This document shows, piece by piece, positions 20,754 to 31,052 of a DNA stretch of 64,000 bases (position 1 is the stretch's first letter; each line of letters begins with the position of its first letter). This DNA is from an uncultured Poribacteria bacterium. Its GTDB lineage: Bacteria > Poribacteria > WGA-4E > WGA-3G. The stretch lies in NCBI GenBank assembly GCA_951813565.1, contig OX638351.1, forward strand, positions 2,208,001 through 2,272,000, written 5' to 3'. The notes beneath the pieces were generated by a model, which saw only the letters and a program-made list of their open reading frames with translations, did not search any database and was not told where the DNA came from. Made by a program: the position numbers and the translations under genes.

Positions 20754-21413
20754 ATGAAAGAGAGTTGGCAAAACCTCATTGATCTCGTTGTGAAGCCGAG
20801 TGCTACATTTGAACGTCTTAAATCCAATCCGAAGTGGGTCGTGGCATTTGTCCTGTTTTTTTTACTTTCTATTGGGTTGACTTGGGCAAATTCACCGTTT
20901 ATAGAACGACTCATGTCCCTATTGCAACCTGATGTTGCTGCAACAATTTCCTTCAAATCTTATGTGGTAAAAGGTTCTATTGTTGTGGTTTTCTGGTGCA
21001 TTATACTAAGTAGTGTATTCACTTTCGCGGCACGAGTTTTCAAAATAAACCCAGCATTAAAATTTAAACATATTTTTGCTGCTATTGTGCATACCTCGTT
21101 GATTGGAACCCTAATATATTTGGTCAATATAGGTTTGTTTCCACTTTTTAGGCAGCTTGAGGATATTAATAGACCAATCGATATGAAACTGATCCCAGGA
21201 TTACACATGTTAGCGGGATCAATGGAAAATGCACATATTCTAACGTTTCTGAGTCATATAAACCCCTTGAGTGTGTGGTATATCGCTATCTTGACAATCG
21301 CTGTTGCAATTCTCGCGGAAGTGAGTCGAGTTAAGGCGTGTTTTACAGCACTAACCATCTTTCTTATTAGAATTGGCACTGAGATTCTGTTTTTTAATCT
21401 AACTTTCTACTAA
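20754..21413 (+). CDS. Yip1 domain membrane protein
   Basis: 'KPSATFERLKSNPKW', about 5 TM helices, 'INPLSVW'. Confidence 0.8.
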   Translation: MKESWQNLIDLVVKPSATFERLKSNPKWVVAFVLFFLLSIGLTWANSPFIERLMSLLQPDVAATISFKSYVVKGSIVVVFWCIILSSVFTFAARVFKINPALKFKHIFAAIVHTSLIGTLIYLVNIGLFPLFRQLEDINRPIDMKLIPGLHMLAGSMENAHILTFLSHINPLSVWYIAILTIAVAILAEVSRVKACFTALTIFLIRIGTEILFFNLTFY

Positions 21414-21568
21414 ACGTATTCAATATTACCGGAATAGTTATCAGTAAAGAGAATTTTGCGAGAATTAAAAGGCACTTTAACTAACACCGAGCACTGTCTT
21501 CAAATATAGGCGGACATCTGAAAGTTGAGCCAACCTATTTTTCGGCAGATAGGTGAAGGAGAAAATTA

Positions 21569-24500
21569 ATGAGCACCAGGGAAAATTATGCAGAATTACA
21601 GACAAGGATTTTAGACGCGCGGCGTGTGTGGAAACGCAGCCTCTTCTGGACAGGAGCTGCTATTGTACTGATAGGATTCTTAGCGATTCTGGTTGGAGAA
21701 TCAATCGTTGATTGGCTGATGCCGCTGCCAAGTGTCGTACGTATTGCACTGCTTGCGGGTATCGTCGGCGCAACACTCTATCTACTTTACAAATACCTTA
21801 TTCAACCGATGAGAGCCTCACTTACCCTCCGAGATGTTGCGCTCAATGTTGAAGAAAGCCATCCTAATCTTGAGGATAGGCTTGTTAGTGCTGTACAATT
21901 TGGTGACCGCGAATCTAATGACCCAGTTGAAGCACACATGCTTCAGCGGTTGCTTGAAGATACGACACAACGGATAAAAGGTATTGATTTCAAAGCAACC
22001 ATTGACCATAGCCGGACGCGGAAGTATGTTGGTATTGCAACTTTAGTTATTGCAGCGTGTGGTTTACTTACGCTTCTGTTTCCTACCGAAACACATACCA
22101 GCCTTATGCGGATATTTGCGCCGTGGGAAAAAACTGACCCGATTTTGACGACCAAGGTTAATGTTACACCTGGCGATGCTCGTATCCTAAGCGGAAAAAG
22201 TCTGCCTATTGAAGTTACCGTCACTGGCAAGGATGCGGAAAAAGTTGTCTTGACGTATTATAGCAAAGATATGCCGCCTACTGCAGAAAACGCAGGTAGC
22301 AAACAAGAAATTAATATGGTGCAGAATCCGGAGGATAAACGCGGATTTGCTTATGAGATTTTCAATGTTGACGCGGATATGGAATACTATGTTGTAGCCA
22401 ATGAAACGACATCTGAACGCTATACAGTAGAAGTTTTTGAAATGCCGCGGGTGGAAGAGATTTCCGTTGCCTATACCTATCCTGAATATACAAATCTCAA
22501 GCCGGTTGTCCAGCAAGGAAGTGGAGACATTCAAGCAGTTGTCGGCACGACCGCAGAACTCAGAATCACTGCTAATAAGGCTATCCAAACAGCAACACTT
22601 ACACACCAAAATTCAGAATCTGAAGATGTAACTGAAGCAGAGGTTGCAGCTGAAGCGGTTACTTTAAAATCCTCAGAAATGGTCATTGCGGACGGTAATA
22701 TACTCACGAAAACTTTAGAAGTTAGTGAAGATGGAAAATATACTGTTGAACTTCTTTGTATTGATGGGTTCAATAATGAAGTGCCGATTGAGTATACTAT
22801 CAAAGCAATGCCAGATAATGCCCCTGAAGTGGTTATCAAAGAACCCGGCCGTGACGTGAATGCAACAAAATTGGAAGAGGTGAAAATTGTCGCTGAGGCA
22901 ACAGACGACTATGGTGTTGAACAGTTTAACTTAATGTATCGTATCGGTGCTGGCGAATTGAAAGAACTTGCCTTAGAATCTATAAGCAAACCTGTAGCAG
23001 AAGGTGCTGATGTGAGATACAGTAAACACAACCGAGTTGGCACCTATACCTTTTATCTGGAGGAATTTGATGTAGAACCGGGTGAGGTCATCTCTTACTA
23101 TGCTCATGCTACTGACAATAACACACTTACAGGACCGGGTGAAGCAAGCAGTGAGATTTACTTCATAGAAGTAGCCCCCTTCAATCGAAGACTTGAAGAG
23201 GGAGGAGAATGCGAAGTCGGTACGCCGAATCCATTCCTTGCGTTAATCGCTTCCCAGAAGCAGGTTATCCGAGAAACGTGGAAGCACATTAACGCAGAAC
23301 CTTCAACACTTACAGAAGAATACACGTCTGTAGTTAAGAAAACTGGTGAGAAGCAAGGTGAGGTGAAGGATAGAACGCAGCGGGTAACAGACGAACTTAG
23401 CGCTGATATGCAAGAATTGCAGGTCGACCCAGAAATCATGATGAACCTTGAAGAGGCAATTGATAAAATGGACGAAGCAAAAGGCAAACTTGATGCTATT
23501 CAACCGCAAGTAGCAATCCCACCAGAACAAGCTGCGCTTGAACTGCTCATCAAAGTCAATCTCGAAATTCCCAAAGTGCTTAATCAAGCGAGGCAAAGTG
23601 AGCCGGGACTTGCTGAGAACTTTGAATTGGAATTAGAAGAGTTGCAAAACGAGCTTGAGCAGAATCAAGAAGAACTTGAACGCGAGCTGCAAGAACAGAC
23701 GCAGCAAATGTTAGATCAAGCACGCGAAATGCTGGCACAACAACAAGGCCTGAATCAACAAAGCCAGCAAATGAGCAAAGAAAATCAACCTTCTCCAAGT
23801 GACATGCAACAGAACAGTCAACAACAAGGGCAGCTATCACAGCAAGCGCAGCAGATGTCAGAACAACTCGGTCAAATGCAAGGTAATGCGCAAGGCACGC
23901 AAGAACAACGCTTAGGTCAAGCTGGGCAAGCCATGCAACAGGCAGGCGAACAGATGCAACAAGCTTCGCAAGGCATGCAACAGCAGCAACCCCAAATGAG
24001 TGCCGCTAAAGGTGAAAAGGCGGAAGAAAGGCTTGAACAAGCCATTGATCAACTTGAAAGAGCCTCCGCTGAATTCACAGATAATGCGTTAGAGCGCGCT
24101 TCCCAACAACTCCAACAGTTGACTGCGGAGCAATCTGATGTTCAACAGCAGACGCAGGAACTGCAGAAAAGATCAGAGCAATCTGGCATGCGTCCCGAAG
24201 ATTATCGCCAAGCCTCTGAACTCGCAAATCAGCAGCGTCAGCTTCAACAAGACTTAGAGTCGGTTGAAAACAATTTGAGTAATCTTCAGCAACAACTTAG
24301 TCAAGAAAATCCTGAGGCCTCCCAAAACGTCTCAGATGCCTCAAGAAGGCTCTCGGAAGAACAAACTGCGGAAGACATGGCAACAGCGCAGCGCGCATTG
24401 CAGTGGCGCAGTTTACAGTCCGCAGACCTGAATCAGCAAGAGGTAATAGAGACATTAGAGCAGGCACAAGCTGATCTTCAACAGGCAAGAGCCAATATGG

Positions 24501-25099
24501 CACAAACTGAAGAGGAACAACTTGAAGCTGCCCTGGAACAACTTCAAAGCTTTGAAGAACAGATGCAAGATATGCAGCGTGAAAGTCAAGCGATGGAGGG
24601 ACAGGAGCAGACAGAGGAACAACAACAGCGAGAGCAGCAACTCGCTGAACAACAACAGCAGCTTCTGGAACGGATGCAGCAGGCACAGCAGGCTATGGAA
24701 AATGCTCAGCAAGGACAACAACCCGGACAGGAAGGACAAGAGGGACAACAGCCTGGACAAGAGGGACAACAGCCTGGACAAGAGGGACAACAGCCTGGAC
24801 AACAAGGGCAAGGCGAAAATGAAAATGACTTGGCGCGCGGCGGTGCTGAATCCTATCAGGAAATTAAAGAGTTGTGGCTCGGTATGCTTGATGCTATGCA
24901 GACCCCTCCGGGCAATCGTTCGCGTCCCGCCCCGAAATATGAACTCGTTATCCGTGATCTGCAGAAACTGGAGTCTGCTATAGAAGAACGACTCAATATG
25001 CTTCAAGAGATAAAACAGTTGGCGCAGGTTGCGAAAGAGGATGTCCCGCCTGAATATCGTAGACTTGTTGATAACTATTACGAGTCTTTAGCGAAATAG
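21569..25099 (+). CDS. DUF4175-like membrane-anchored Gln-rich coiled-coil protein
   Basis: N-terminal TM helices, 'LEDRLVSAVQF', 'ATDDYGV', long Q-rich coil, C-terminal 'VPPEYRRLVDNYYESL'. Confidence 0.8.
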   Translation: MSTRENYAELQTRILDARRVWKRSLFWTGAAIVLIGFLAILVGESIVDWLMPLPSVVRIALLAGIVGATLYLLYKYLIQPMRASLTLRDVALNVEESHPNLEDRLVSAVQFGDRESNDPVEAHMLQRLLEDTTQRIKGIDFKATIDHSRTRKYVGIATLVIAACGLLTLLFPTETHTSLMRIFAPWEKTDPILTTKVNVTPGDARILSGKSLPIEVTVTGKDAEKVVLTYYSKDMPPTAENAGSKQEINMVQNPEDKRGFAYEIFNVDADMEYYVVANETTSERYTVEVFEMPRVEEISVAYTYPEYTNLKPVVQQGSGDIQAVVGTTAELRITANKAIQTATLTHQNSESEDVTEAEVAAEAVTLKSSEMVIADGNILTKTLEVSEDGKYTVELLCIDGFNNEVPIEYTIKAMPDNAPEVVIKEPGRDVNATKLEEVKIVAEATDDYGVEQFNLMYRIGAGELKELALESISKPVAEGADVRYSKHNRVGTYTFYLEEFDVEPGEVISYYAHATDNNTLTGPGEASSEIYFIEVAPFNRRLEEGGECEVGTPNPFLALIASQKQVIRETWKHINAEPSTLTEEYTSVVKKTGEKQGEVKDRTQRVTDELSADMQELQVDPEIMMNLEEAIDKMDEAKGKLDAIQPQVAIPPEQAALELLIKVNLEIPKVLNQARQSEPGLAENFELELEELQNELEQNQEELERELQEQTQQMLDQAREMLAQQQGLNQQSQQMSKENQPSPSDMQQNSQQQGQLSQQAQQMSEQLGQMQGNAQGTQEQRLGQAGQAMQQAGEQMQQASQGMQQQQPQMSAAKGEKAEERLEQAIDQLERASAEFTDNALERASQQLQQLTAEQSDVQQQTQELQKRSEQSGMRPEDYRQASELANQQRQLQQDLESVENNLSNLQQQLSQENPEASQNVSDASRRLSEEQTAEDMATAQRALQWRSLQSADLNQQEVIETLEQAQADLQQARANMAQTEEEQLEAALEQLQSFEEQMQDMQRESQAMEGQEQTEEQQQREQQLAEQQQQLLERMQQAQQAMENAQQGQQPGQEGQEGQQPGQEGQQPGQEGQQPGQQGQGENENDLARGGAESYQEIKELWLGMLDAMQTPPGNRSRPAPKYELVIRDLQKLESAIEERLNMLQEIKQLAQVAKEDVPPEYRRLVDNYYESLAK
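24740..24802 (+). repeat. In-frame 21-bp tandem repeat x3 (EGQQPGQ)
   Basis: Three perfect copies of gagggacaacagcctggacaa, plus a degenerate upstream copy. Confidence 0.95.
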
Positions 25100-25415
25100 G
25101 TAGGTTCTGACACGCTAACCATTCAATAGGGACAATGCGGGAAGAATCCGGTTGTCCCTACAATATTTTCTGGTAGGTCGGTTGCCTAACTGCACCACGT
25201 CATAAGCATCAACTTAGCGGACTCAACCCTGGTAGGTGCGGTTTCTAACCGCACCGGACTTACGCAAGTTTGCTCAAAGTAATCAGTAAAACATGACATA
25301 TTTGTAGGAGCGCTTTGTCCGCGCGATATATCGGCGTTGCAAACGCCTCCTACAAGAGTGTTTTCGGACAATACATAATTTTGGTAGACATAGTTATTGA
25401 TAATGGAGGAGGACT

Positions 25416-26231
25416 ATGGAACGACCTTTTATTGTTAAGCCCGGCGATAATATTAGTCTGGACGGGGTAGGAAACGGATGTACCCCCGAATATACAGGGG
25501 CTTATCGAAAAAAGGGTGAAACGAAAAAACCGTTGAAGAAACTACATAAACAGATGCTCAAACTTCAGGAGTTGCTTTACGCAGAGAGTCAACACGCGCT
25601 TCTGATTATCCTGCAAGGCATGGATACATGCGGCAAGGATGGTACTATCCGGAAGGTAATGGCTGGTATTAACGTACAGGGTTGTGATGTAGTTAATTTC
25701 AAAGTCCCTTCAGCAGATGAGGTTTCTCGCGATTTTTTATGGCGCGCCCACAAAGCCGTTCCACAGAAAGGAAAAATCGGAATTTTCAACCGTTCGCATT
25801 ATGAGGATGTACTTGTTGTTCGTGTGCATGATCTTGTGCCAAAATCGGTTTGGAAACAACGTTACCAGCAGATTAACGACTTTGAAAAAATGCTGGTTGA
25901 AAACGGCACGGTTGTCCTAAAATTTTTCCTACATATCTCAAAAGACGAACAGAAAGAACGTCTCGAATCCCGAATCAACGACCCGTCAAAGCATTGGAAA
26001 ATCACCGAAGCCGATATTCGCGAACGCGCTTATTGGGATGATTACATGCAGGCGTACGAAGCAGTCCTCCAAAAATGTAGTACCGATTGGGCACCGTGGT
26101 ATATTATACCTGCAAATAAAAAATGGTATCGGAATCTTGTTATCACGGAACGCATTGTTGAAACACTTGAGGGGTTAGACATGAAATTCCCCAAACCCAC
26201 TTCTGATGTGTCAATATTTTCTGTGGACTAA
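25416..26231 (+). CDS. ppk2: Polyphosphate kinase 2 family protein
   Basis: 'QGMDTCGKDG', 'FNRSHYEDVLVVRVH', 'APWYIIPANKKWYRN'. Confidence 0.92.
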   Translation: MERPFIVKPGDNISLDGVGNGCTPEYTGAYRKKGETKKPLKKLHKQMLKLQELLYAESQHALLIILQGMDTCGKDGTIRKVMAGINVQGCDVVNFKVPSADEVSRDFLWRAHKAVPQKGKIGIFNRSHYEDVLVVRVHDLVPKSVWKQRYQQINDFEKMLVENGTVVLKFFLHISKDEQKERLESRINDPSKHWKITEADIRERAYWDDYMQAYEAVLQKCSTDWAPWYIIPANKKWYRNLVITERIVETLEGLDMKFPKPTSDVSIFSVD

Positions 26232-26337
26232 TACCAATTAACCCGATTTGTAGCGCGAGGTCTCTGTGCCTCGCAATTAACTTTATCAGAAAACTTCTGA
26301 TAAAGTTAATTGCTATAACATAAATGGAAATCCTACT

Positions 26338-26634
26338 GTGAAATTCAATCTCTTGAGCGATAATAAAAAAATCGTAGACACAATAATGTTGGTAGGTTCA
26401 CTACTAATTTGCGTTGGAGTAATAATGCAGATTGCGAGTATTGCAGCAAATCATTCTTTATGGTTTTTAGGACTGGGGGCACTCGTAGCCTTCTGGAGTG
26501 CTTTTTCTCAAATATTCGTGAAAGCGAAGAAGTCTGATATCAATCCTCCAAAGGTTATCGCAAACATCTCATTTTTGATTTTGGTTGTTTTCTGGGGAAT
26601 ATTTTTAACGTGGATATATGCGATAACACAGTAG
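26338..26634 (+). CDS. Small hypothetical membrane protein (3 TM)
   Basis: 98-aa hydrophobic ORF filling the intergenic gap. Confidence 0.55.
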   Translation: MKFNLLSDNKKIVDTIMLVGSLLICVGVIMQIASIAANHSLWFLGLGALVAFWSAFSQIFVKAKKSDINPPKVIANISFLILVVFWGIFLTWIYAITQ

Positions 26635-26684
26635 TTTTTACTGTTATGTTCATGTATTTTTGGTATTGAAGGAATAAGGGACAT

Positions 26685-27467
26685 TTGATGCTTTCAACCA
26701 AACAGTTAAAGCAATTTGAAGAAGAGGGATATCTGCTACTTTCAGGTTTGATTCCGAAAGACATTATCGTCCAAGCGGAACAAGCAATGTGGCATTCGAT
26801 GGGTATGGATGCGGATGATCATGACACATGGGAACACTTCCAACGACCATTTCTCACCGGTTTTTACATAGAAAACATGTCAAACGAAAAGCGCATTGAG
26901 CTTTTCGGCTTAACGCATCCAGATATATTGGCGTGTTGCACACCAGATTATCTTACCGTCCTTAATCAACTCGCTGAAAGATATCCGAAAATTCCACACT
27001 GTAAAAGCAAGCATCCAGATGGTATCTGGGCGATGAATCAATTCCCTATTTCTGCTGAGTGGAATGCACCTTCCCCTCACCTTGATGGATACTCAAGGGA
27101 TTTACGGTTAGATCCGGGGACTTTTCGAGCATCAAGTTTAACCTATCTTACCGATGCCAATTCCCATCAAGGAACAACAATGATATGGCCCGAAGGCCCA
27201 CAAAGAATTCGGGAGTTCCGTAAAAAGAATCCAAATTTTTCAAACAATGTCCGGTCTATGCTCACACAGTTACCAAAGATAGATTTAGGTGAACCGATGG
27301 AAGTTGTGGCTAAACAAGGTGATGTGTTGCTTTTTCATCACCTACTCCCGCATTCCAACACATTAAATGTTGGCACTTCCCCACGCTTCGCAATTCGGTT
27401 TATGTGTTTATGTTTTGATTGTCGCGCATGGCAGAAAAGAGGGGAGTGGAATATCTGGATGCCGTAG
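26685..27467 (+). CDS. PhyH-family dioxygenase
   Basis: 'QFEEEGYL', 'PHLDG', 'GDVLLFHHLLPHS'. Confidence 0.85.
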   Translation: MMLSTKQLKQFEEEGYLLLSGLIPKDIIVQAEQAMWHSMGMDADDHDTWEHFQRPFLTGFYIENMSNEKRIELFGLTHPDILACCTPDYLTVLNQLAERYPKIPHCKSKHPDGIWAMNQFPISAEWNAPSPHLDGYSRDLRLDPGTFRASSLTYLTDANSHQGTTMIWPEGPQRIREFRKKNPNFSNNVRSMLTQLPKIDLGEPMEVVAKQGDVLLFHHLLPHSNTLNVGTSPRFAIRFMCLCFDCRAWQKRGEWNIWMP

Positions 27468-27475
27468 CGAATATT

Positions 27476-27745
27476 AGCGTTGTAGCGTTTGAGCAACTTC
27501 CGAACCCAGTCCGGCGTGCATCCTACAATCTCAGCAACTTCGCGAGGTGTTCGCGGATGTGTGGTATCAGCAAGAAGCCAAATAATATGCCAGTGCGTCC
27601 GTTCAATAGGACATTCACATTCAAGATACCTTTGTTTCAGAACTTCTACTGAAAAGTGAGGGGAAACCCCATGTTTTTTATTTTTCATCTGATCACAATA
27701 ACACATCCAAAAAATAAATGAAAGAACAATCATATTAATATGGTA
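27476..27745 (-). mobile_element. Truncated IS630 copy (5' end only)
   Basis: 270 bp nearly identical to 1958-2227, including the terminal repeat and flanking TA. Confidence 0.9.
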
Positions 27746-27824
27746 TAACTCATATACAACCGATCTAAGATTCTAATACCAAAAAGATCGCGAACCTTAT
27801 AAACTCGCGATTAAGGAGAAAATA

Positions 27825-28616
27825 ATGAACCAAAATCTATACTACACCAAGTTAAAATCAGCAAGGATGAATATTACGTATCTTATTATGCCGTTTATGT
27901 TAGTTTTTGCACTTACCTTTGCCCTCTTTTTAGTACAAACCGCAATCGCACAAGAAGTTTTAGTGCAAACTGGATTTGAGGAATTCACTTTCGGTGAACC
28001 CCCAACAGATTGGGAGGTCCGAGGTAATCAGATGCAAGTAACAGGCGACACAGTCAAAACCGGTGATAAATCGCTTGGTATTTTAGGTGGCGCGAATGAC
28101 GATAGGGTTGGAGTCGCCATTGAAACCGAAAATCCGATTATATCAGTTGAATTTTGGGTATATATTAAGGGCGCTGGGCGTTCCTTCAATCTCAAAGTCG
28201 TTTCTGCCGATGACATAGCACAAAACGATGGAGGGGTATATCTCAATTGGAATGCAAACGCGACACGTCTTTACAACGGTTCCGCTTGGGTAGCGGTAGA
28301 CGACTTCCCATTTGAAACTTGGAAATATGTCCGAGTTGTTGCCGATGTTGAAAATAGCGTATTTGACTATTACGTCGGAGATGACAGAGACCAAGCACTA
28401 ACTGCTGCACCCAAAACGGACCTTGCTTTTCGTAAACCCGCAACAAACCCTGTTGTCCAGTGGATTGTTTTTCACGTTTATTCCACAGTCGCACAAGGCT
28501 TCGTAGATGATTTATTTGTCTATGAAGGTGCTGAACCAGTGAACCCCGCACCCGTGAATCCAAAAGGAAAACTCACAACATTCTGGGGAGATGTCAAGAA
28601 ACACTCCTCGTTTTGA
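27825..28616 (+). CDS. Secreted ConA/LamG-like beta-sandwich protein with C-terminal KLTTxWG motif
   Basis: Signal peptide (AIA-Q), 'VEFWVY', 'VDDLFVY', ends 'VNPKGKLTTFWGDVKK'. Paralog at 29020. Confidence 0.75.
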   Translation: MNQNLYYTKLKSARMNITYLIMPFMLVFALTFALFLVQTAIAQEVLVQTGFEEFTFGEPPTDWEVRGNQMQVTGDTVKTGDKSLGILGGANDDRVGVAIETENPIISVEFWVYIKGAGRSFNLKVVSADDIAQNDGGVYLNWNANATRLYNGSAWVAVDDFPFETWKYVRVVADVENSVFDYYVGDDRDQALTAAPKTDLAFRKPATNPVVQWIVFHVYSTVAQGFVDDLFVYEGAEPVNPAPVNPKGKLTTFWGDVKKHSSF

Positions 28617-28647
28617 TGCGACAATTTCCTTTATGAATAGTAATTTA

Positions 28648-28974
28648 ACGAGTTGTGCTAAATAACTTTTTGCAACATATTATTTCACATAAGCAGAACG
28701 TTTGTCCGTGTTTCCTACTGGTTGATATGCTCTTCAGTCCCGACAAATGCCATAAGCGCATTTGGCGTTGATTTGGTAGGGACGATATGTTTATAGGAGT
28801 ACGGCAATGACGCCCTCTTTAGTCCCGACAAATGCCATACGGGGAATGCCAAAAGGCATTCATACCGTTGATTTGGCGCATTTGGCGTTGATTTGGTAGG
28901 GACGATATGTTTATATGACAACACCTAATATCTGTGAAAACAACAAAAACAATTAGTTAACTGGCACAAGTCGT
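28648..28974. mobile_element. 327-bp MITE with 7-bp target duplication (taattta)
   Basis: Ends acgagttgtgc / gcacaagtcgt are related to the 246-bp MITE. Interior is a duplicated REP-like unit carrying micro-elements. Confidence 0.85.
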
Positions 28975-29019
28975 TAATTTATATAGTAGTTACACGTATA
29001 CGCTATCAAGGAGGAAATA

Positions 29020-29811
29020 ATGGATCAAAATCAATGCCGCATCAAATTAAAATCTGTAGCCACAAAAACTACTCAATTTTTGATGGGATTCATGTTCGCG
29101 ATCGTACTTGTCTTGAGTCTTGCTTTAGGTCAAACTGCCATAGCACAAAAAGTGCTTGTACAAACCGGATTTGAGAAATTCACAGTTGGTAAACCACCAA
29201 AAGATTGGGAGGTCCGAGGAGACGGTTTTGAGGTGACAAACGATACTGTCAAAACTGATAAAAAAGCGCTCGCTATTTTAGCGGGTGCCAATGATGATAG
29301 GGTTGGAATCGCTATAGAAACCGAAAATCCCATCATTTCTGTTGAATTTTGGGTTTACATTGAGGGAGGCGGACGTTCTTTCAATTTCAAAGTTGTATCT
29401 GCTGATAATATTGCACAAAACAATGGTGGCGTTTACCTCAATTGGAATGCCAACACTGTACGTCTTTTTGATGGTGCCGCATGGCAACTCATTGACGACT
29501 TTGATACGGATGAATGGAAATACGTTCGTATCATCGCAGATGTCAGCAAGAGTGAATTTGACTTTTATACCGGTAACGACAGAAACGAGGCGCTGAAAGC
29601 TAAAGCCAAGAAAGGGCTACCTTTTCGAGATGCTGCTGTAAATCCCGTCACTAAATGGGTTGTTTTTCATGTCTATTCTATCGCTGCCCCTGGTTATGTA
29701 GACGATTTACTCGTCTATGAAGGCGACGAACCAGTAAACCTTGCTGTTGATCCGCTCGGAAAACTCACAACTGTTTGGGGACATATCAAGAGAGATACTT
29801 TAGTTCAATAG
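29020..29811 (+). CDS. Secreted ConA/LamG-like protein, tandem paralog of 27825-28616
   Basis: Same length (263 aa), shared blocks such as 'GANDDRVG.AIETENPIISVEFWVYI', ends 'VDPLGKLTTVWGHIKR'. Confidence 0.75.
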   Translation: MDQNQCRIKLKSVATKTTQFLMGFMFAIVLVLSLALGQTAIAQKVLVQTGFEKFTVGKPPKDWEVRGDGFEVTNDTVKTDKKALAILAGANDDRVGIAIETENPIISVEFWVYIEGGGRSFNFKVVSADNIAQNNGGVYLNWNANTVRLFDGAAWQLIDDFDTDEWKYVRIIADVSKSEFDFYTGNDRNEALKAKAKKGLPFRDAAVNPVTKWVVFHVYSIAAPGYVDDLLVYEGDEPVNLAVDPLGKLTTVWGHIKRDTLVQ

Positions 29812-29876
29812 AGAGGTTACTTAACCTTTAGGTTTAGATAGAGGCTTTGTTGAAACGTGTTCAAAGGAGAATAATT

Positions 29877-30692
29877 ATGGACAACGGAACAGTCCATTTA
29901 ACACCAGCGCAACGCTTACACTTTGACATCTACGGTTTCGTACTACTTGAGAACGTTCTGACTACCGATGAAATCAAACGGATGAAAGATGCACTTTACA
30001 GAATTAAAGCTGATAAAAACCTTGATGGCACAAGAACTTACCTGAATTGGCGAGGCGAACACCACGCGCACATGGGAAATCTCGTAGAATACGATCCTGC
30101 GTTGTTGACTTATGCAGCGCATCCCAAACTTGTTCCGCTTGTTGAGGAAGTTGTCGGAGGGAAAGTTCGTCTTGAGGAAACAGAGGCTATCATCAATAAG
30201 CGAAGTGCTGATGCTGATTTAGATGAACTTCATAAACGTTGTTACAACCCAACCGGTTTTCATCGTGGCACGCAGCACGGTTGGGGCACCTATATGGAAC
30301 AAGATAAGTTTCACTGCATCTTTGTGAAGACGCTTGCATATCTAACTGATGTTGGTCCTGACGATGGAGGGACGTGTGTGATACCGGGTAGCCACCGCTT
30401 GACATGGAAACAGCATGAAATGATAGAAGCAGCTTTGTCTGATGACAAACTCATCCATCAAGTTGAAGCATCAGCAGGTTCTGTACTACTTTTCGCGGAG
30501 GCACTCATTCACAGCACCACTGCCATCCGTAGCAACAAAGAGCGTGTTATCCTTATCGCAGGTTATACCCCGCCGATGGTGCGCGAGTGGCCAGGCAATG
30601 AGGTTAGCCCAGAATTTGTTGAGACACTCCCTGAAGAAATCCGTCCACTTATTTCTGGTAGTGACAGTTGGCACTGGAAACGCCGATATTAG
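29877..30692 (+). CDS. PhyH-family Fe(II)/2OG enzyme with HxG in place of HxD
   Basis: AGGAG RBS before ATG 29877. 'FDIYGFVLLENVL', 'FHRG', 'YLTDVGPDDGGTCVIPGSH', 'FAEALIHS'. Confidence 0.85.
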   Translation: MDNGTVHLTPAQRLHFDIYGFVLLENVLTTDEIKRMKDALYRIKADKNLDGTRTYLNWRGEHHAHMGNLVEYDPALLTYAAHPKLVPLVEEVVGGKVRLEETEAIINKRSADADLDELHKRCYNPTGFHRGTQHGWGTYMEQDKFHCIFVKTLAYLTDVGPDDGGTCVIPGSHRLTWKQHEMIEAALSDDKLIHQVEASAGSVLLFAEALIHSTTAIRSNKERVILIAGYTPPMVREWPGNEVSPEFVETLPEEIRPLISGSDSWHWKRRY

Positions 30693-30733
30693 CCTATTCC
30701 TATAAAATGAACTGATTCCGCAGAGACCTATAT

Positions 30734-31003
30734 TCAACTATCAAACTTTGATCGTAACTGTTCAATTTCCAACAGTGCCTTGGCGAGTTCGGCTTCAACG
30801 CTTTGGGCATCAGTATTCTTAAACGGACCTTCTTTCCATTTTGCAGGTATCCGCCTATAAGTGGGAATTATCGGATTATACAGCCCACCCCACAGAAAGG
30901 TGTTAATTTCTATGGCCTTTAAGAGAGATTCCTTGTCTTCGGGATTAACAAGAAATGCTAATTTGATTGGTCGTAACCTAACTTTAACGGTTCCGCGTGT
31001 CAT
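30734..31003 (-). pseudogene. Probable truncated or chimeric gene fragment
   Basis: 'RLRPIKLAFLV...WGGLYNPIIP' resembles the N-terminus of longer proteins, then switches abruptly to a coiled-coil tail 'EAELAKALLEIEQLRSK'. Confidence 0.4.
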
Positions 31004-31052
31004 AAAAAATCCTATTTTTCAAGCAACTGATGCCAAGTTCTCATGCGCTTTT

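Noticed and set aside
23158..25006. Long antisense and alternate-frame ORFs in the Gln-rich gene
   Set aside because: Shadow frames produced by CAA/CAG-rich low-complexity coding sequence.
28730..28920. Possible mini-CRISPR from direct repeats
   Set aside because: Only two units, inside a MITE with a target duplication; the variable part is a nested micro-element.
27825..29811. Diversity-generating retroelement template/variable repeat pair
   Set aside because: No reverse transcriptase in the window, and differences span the whole genes and are not adenine-specific; an ordinary tandem duplication.
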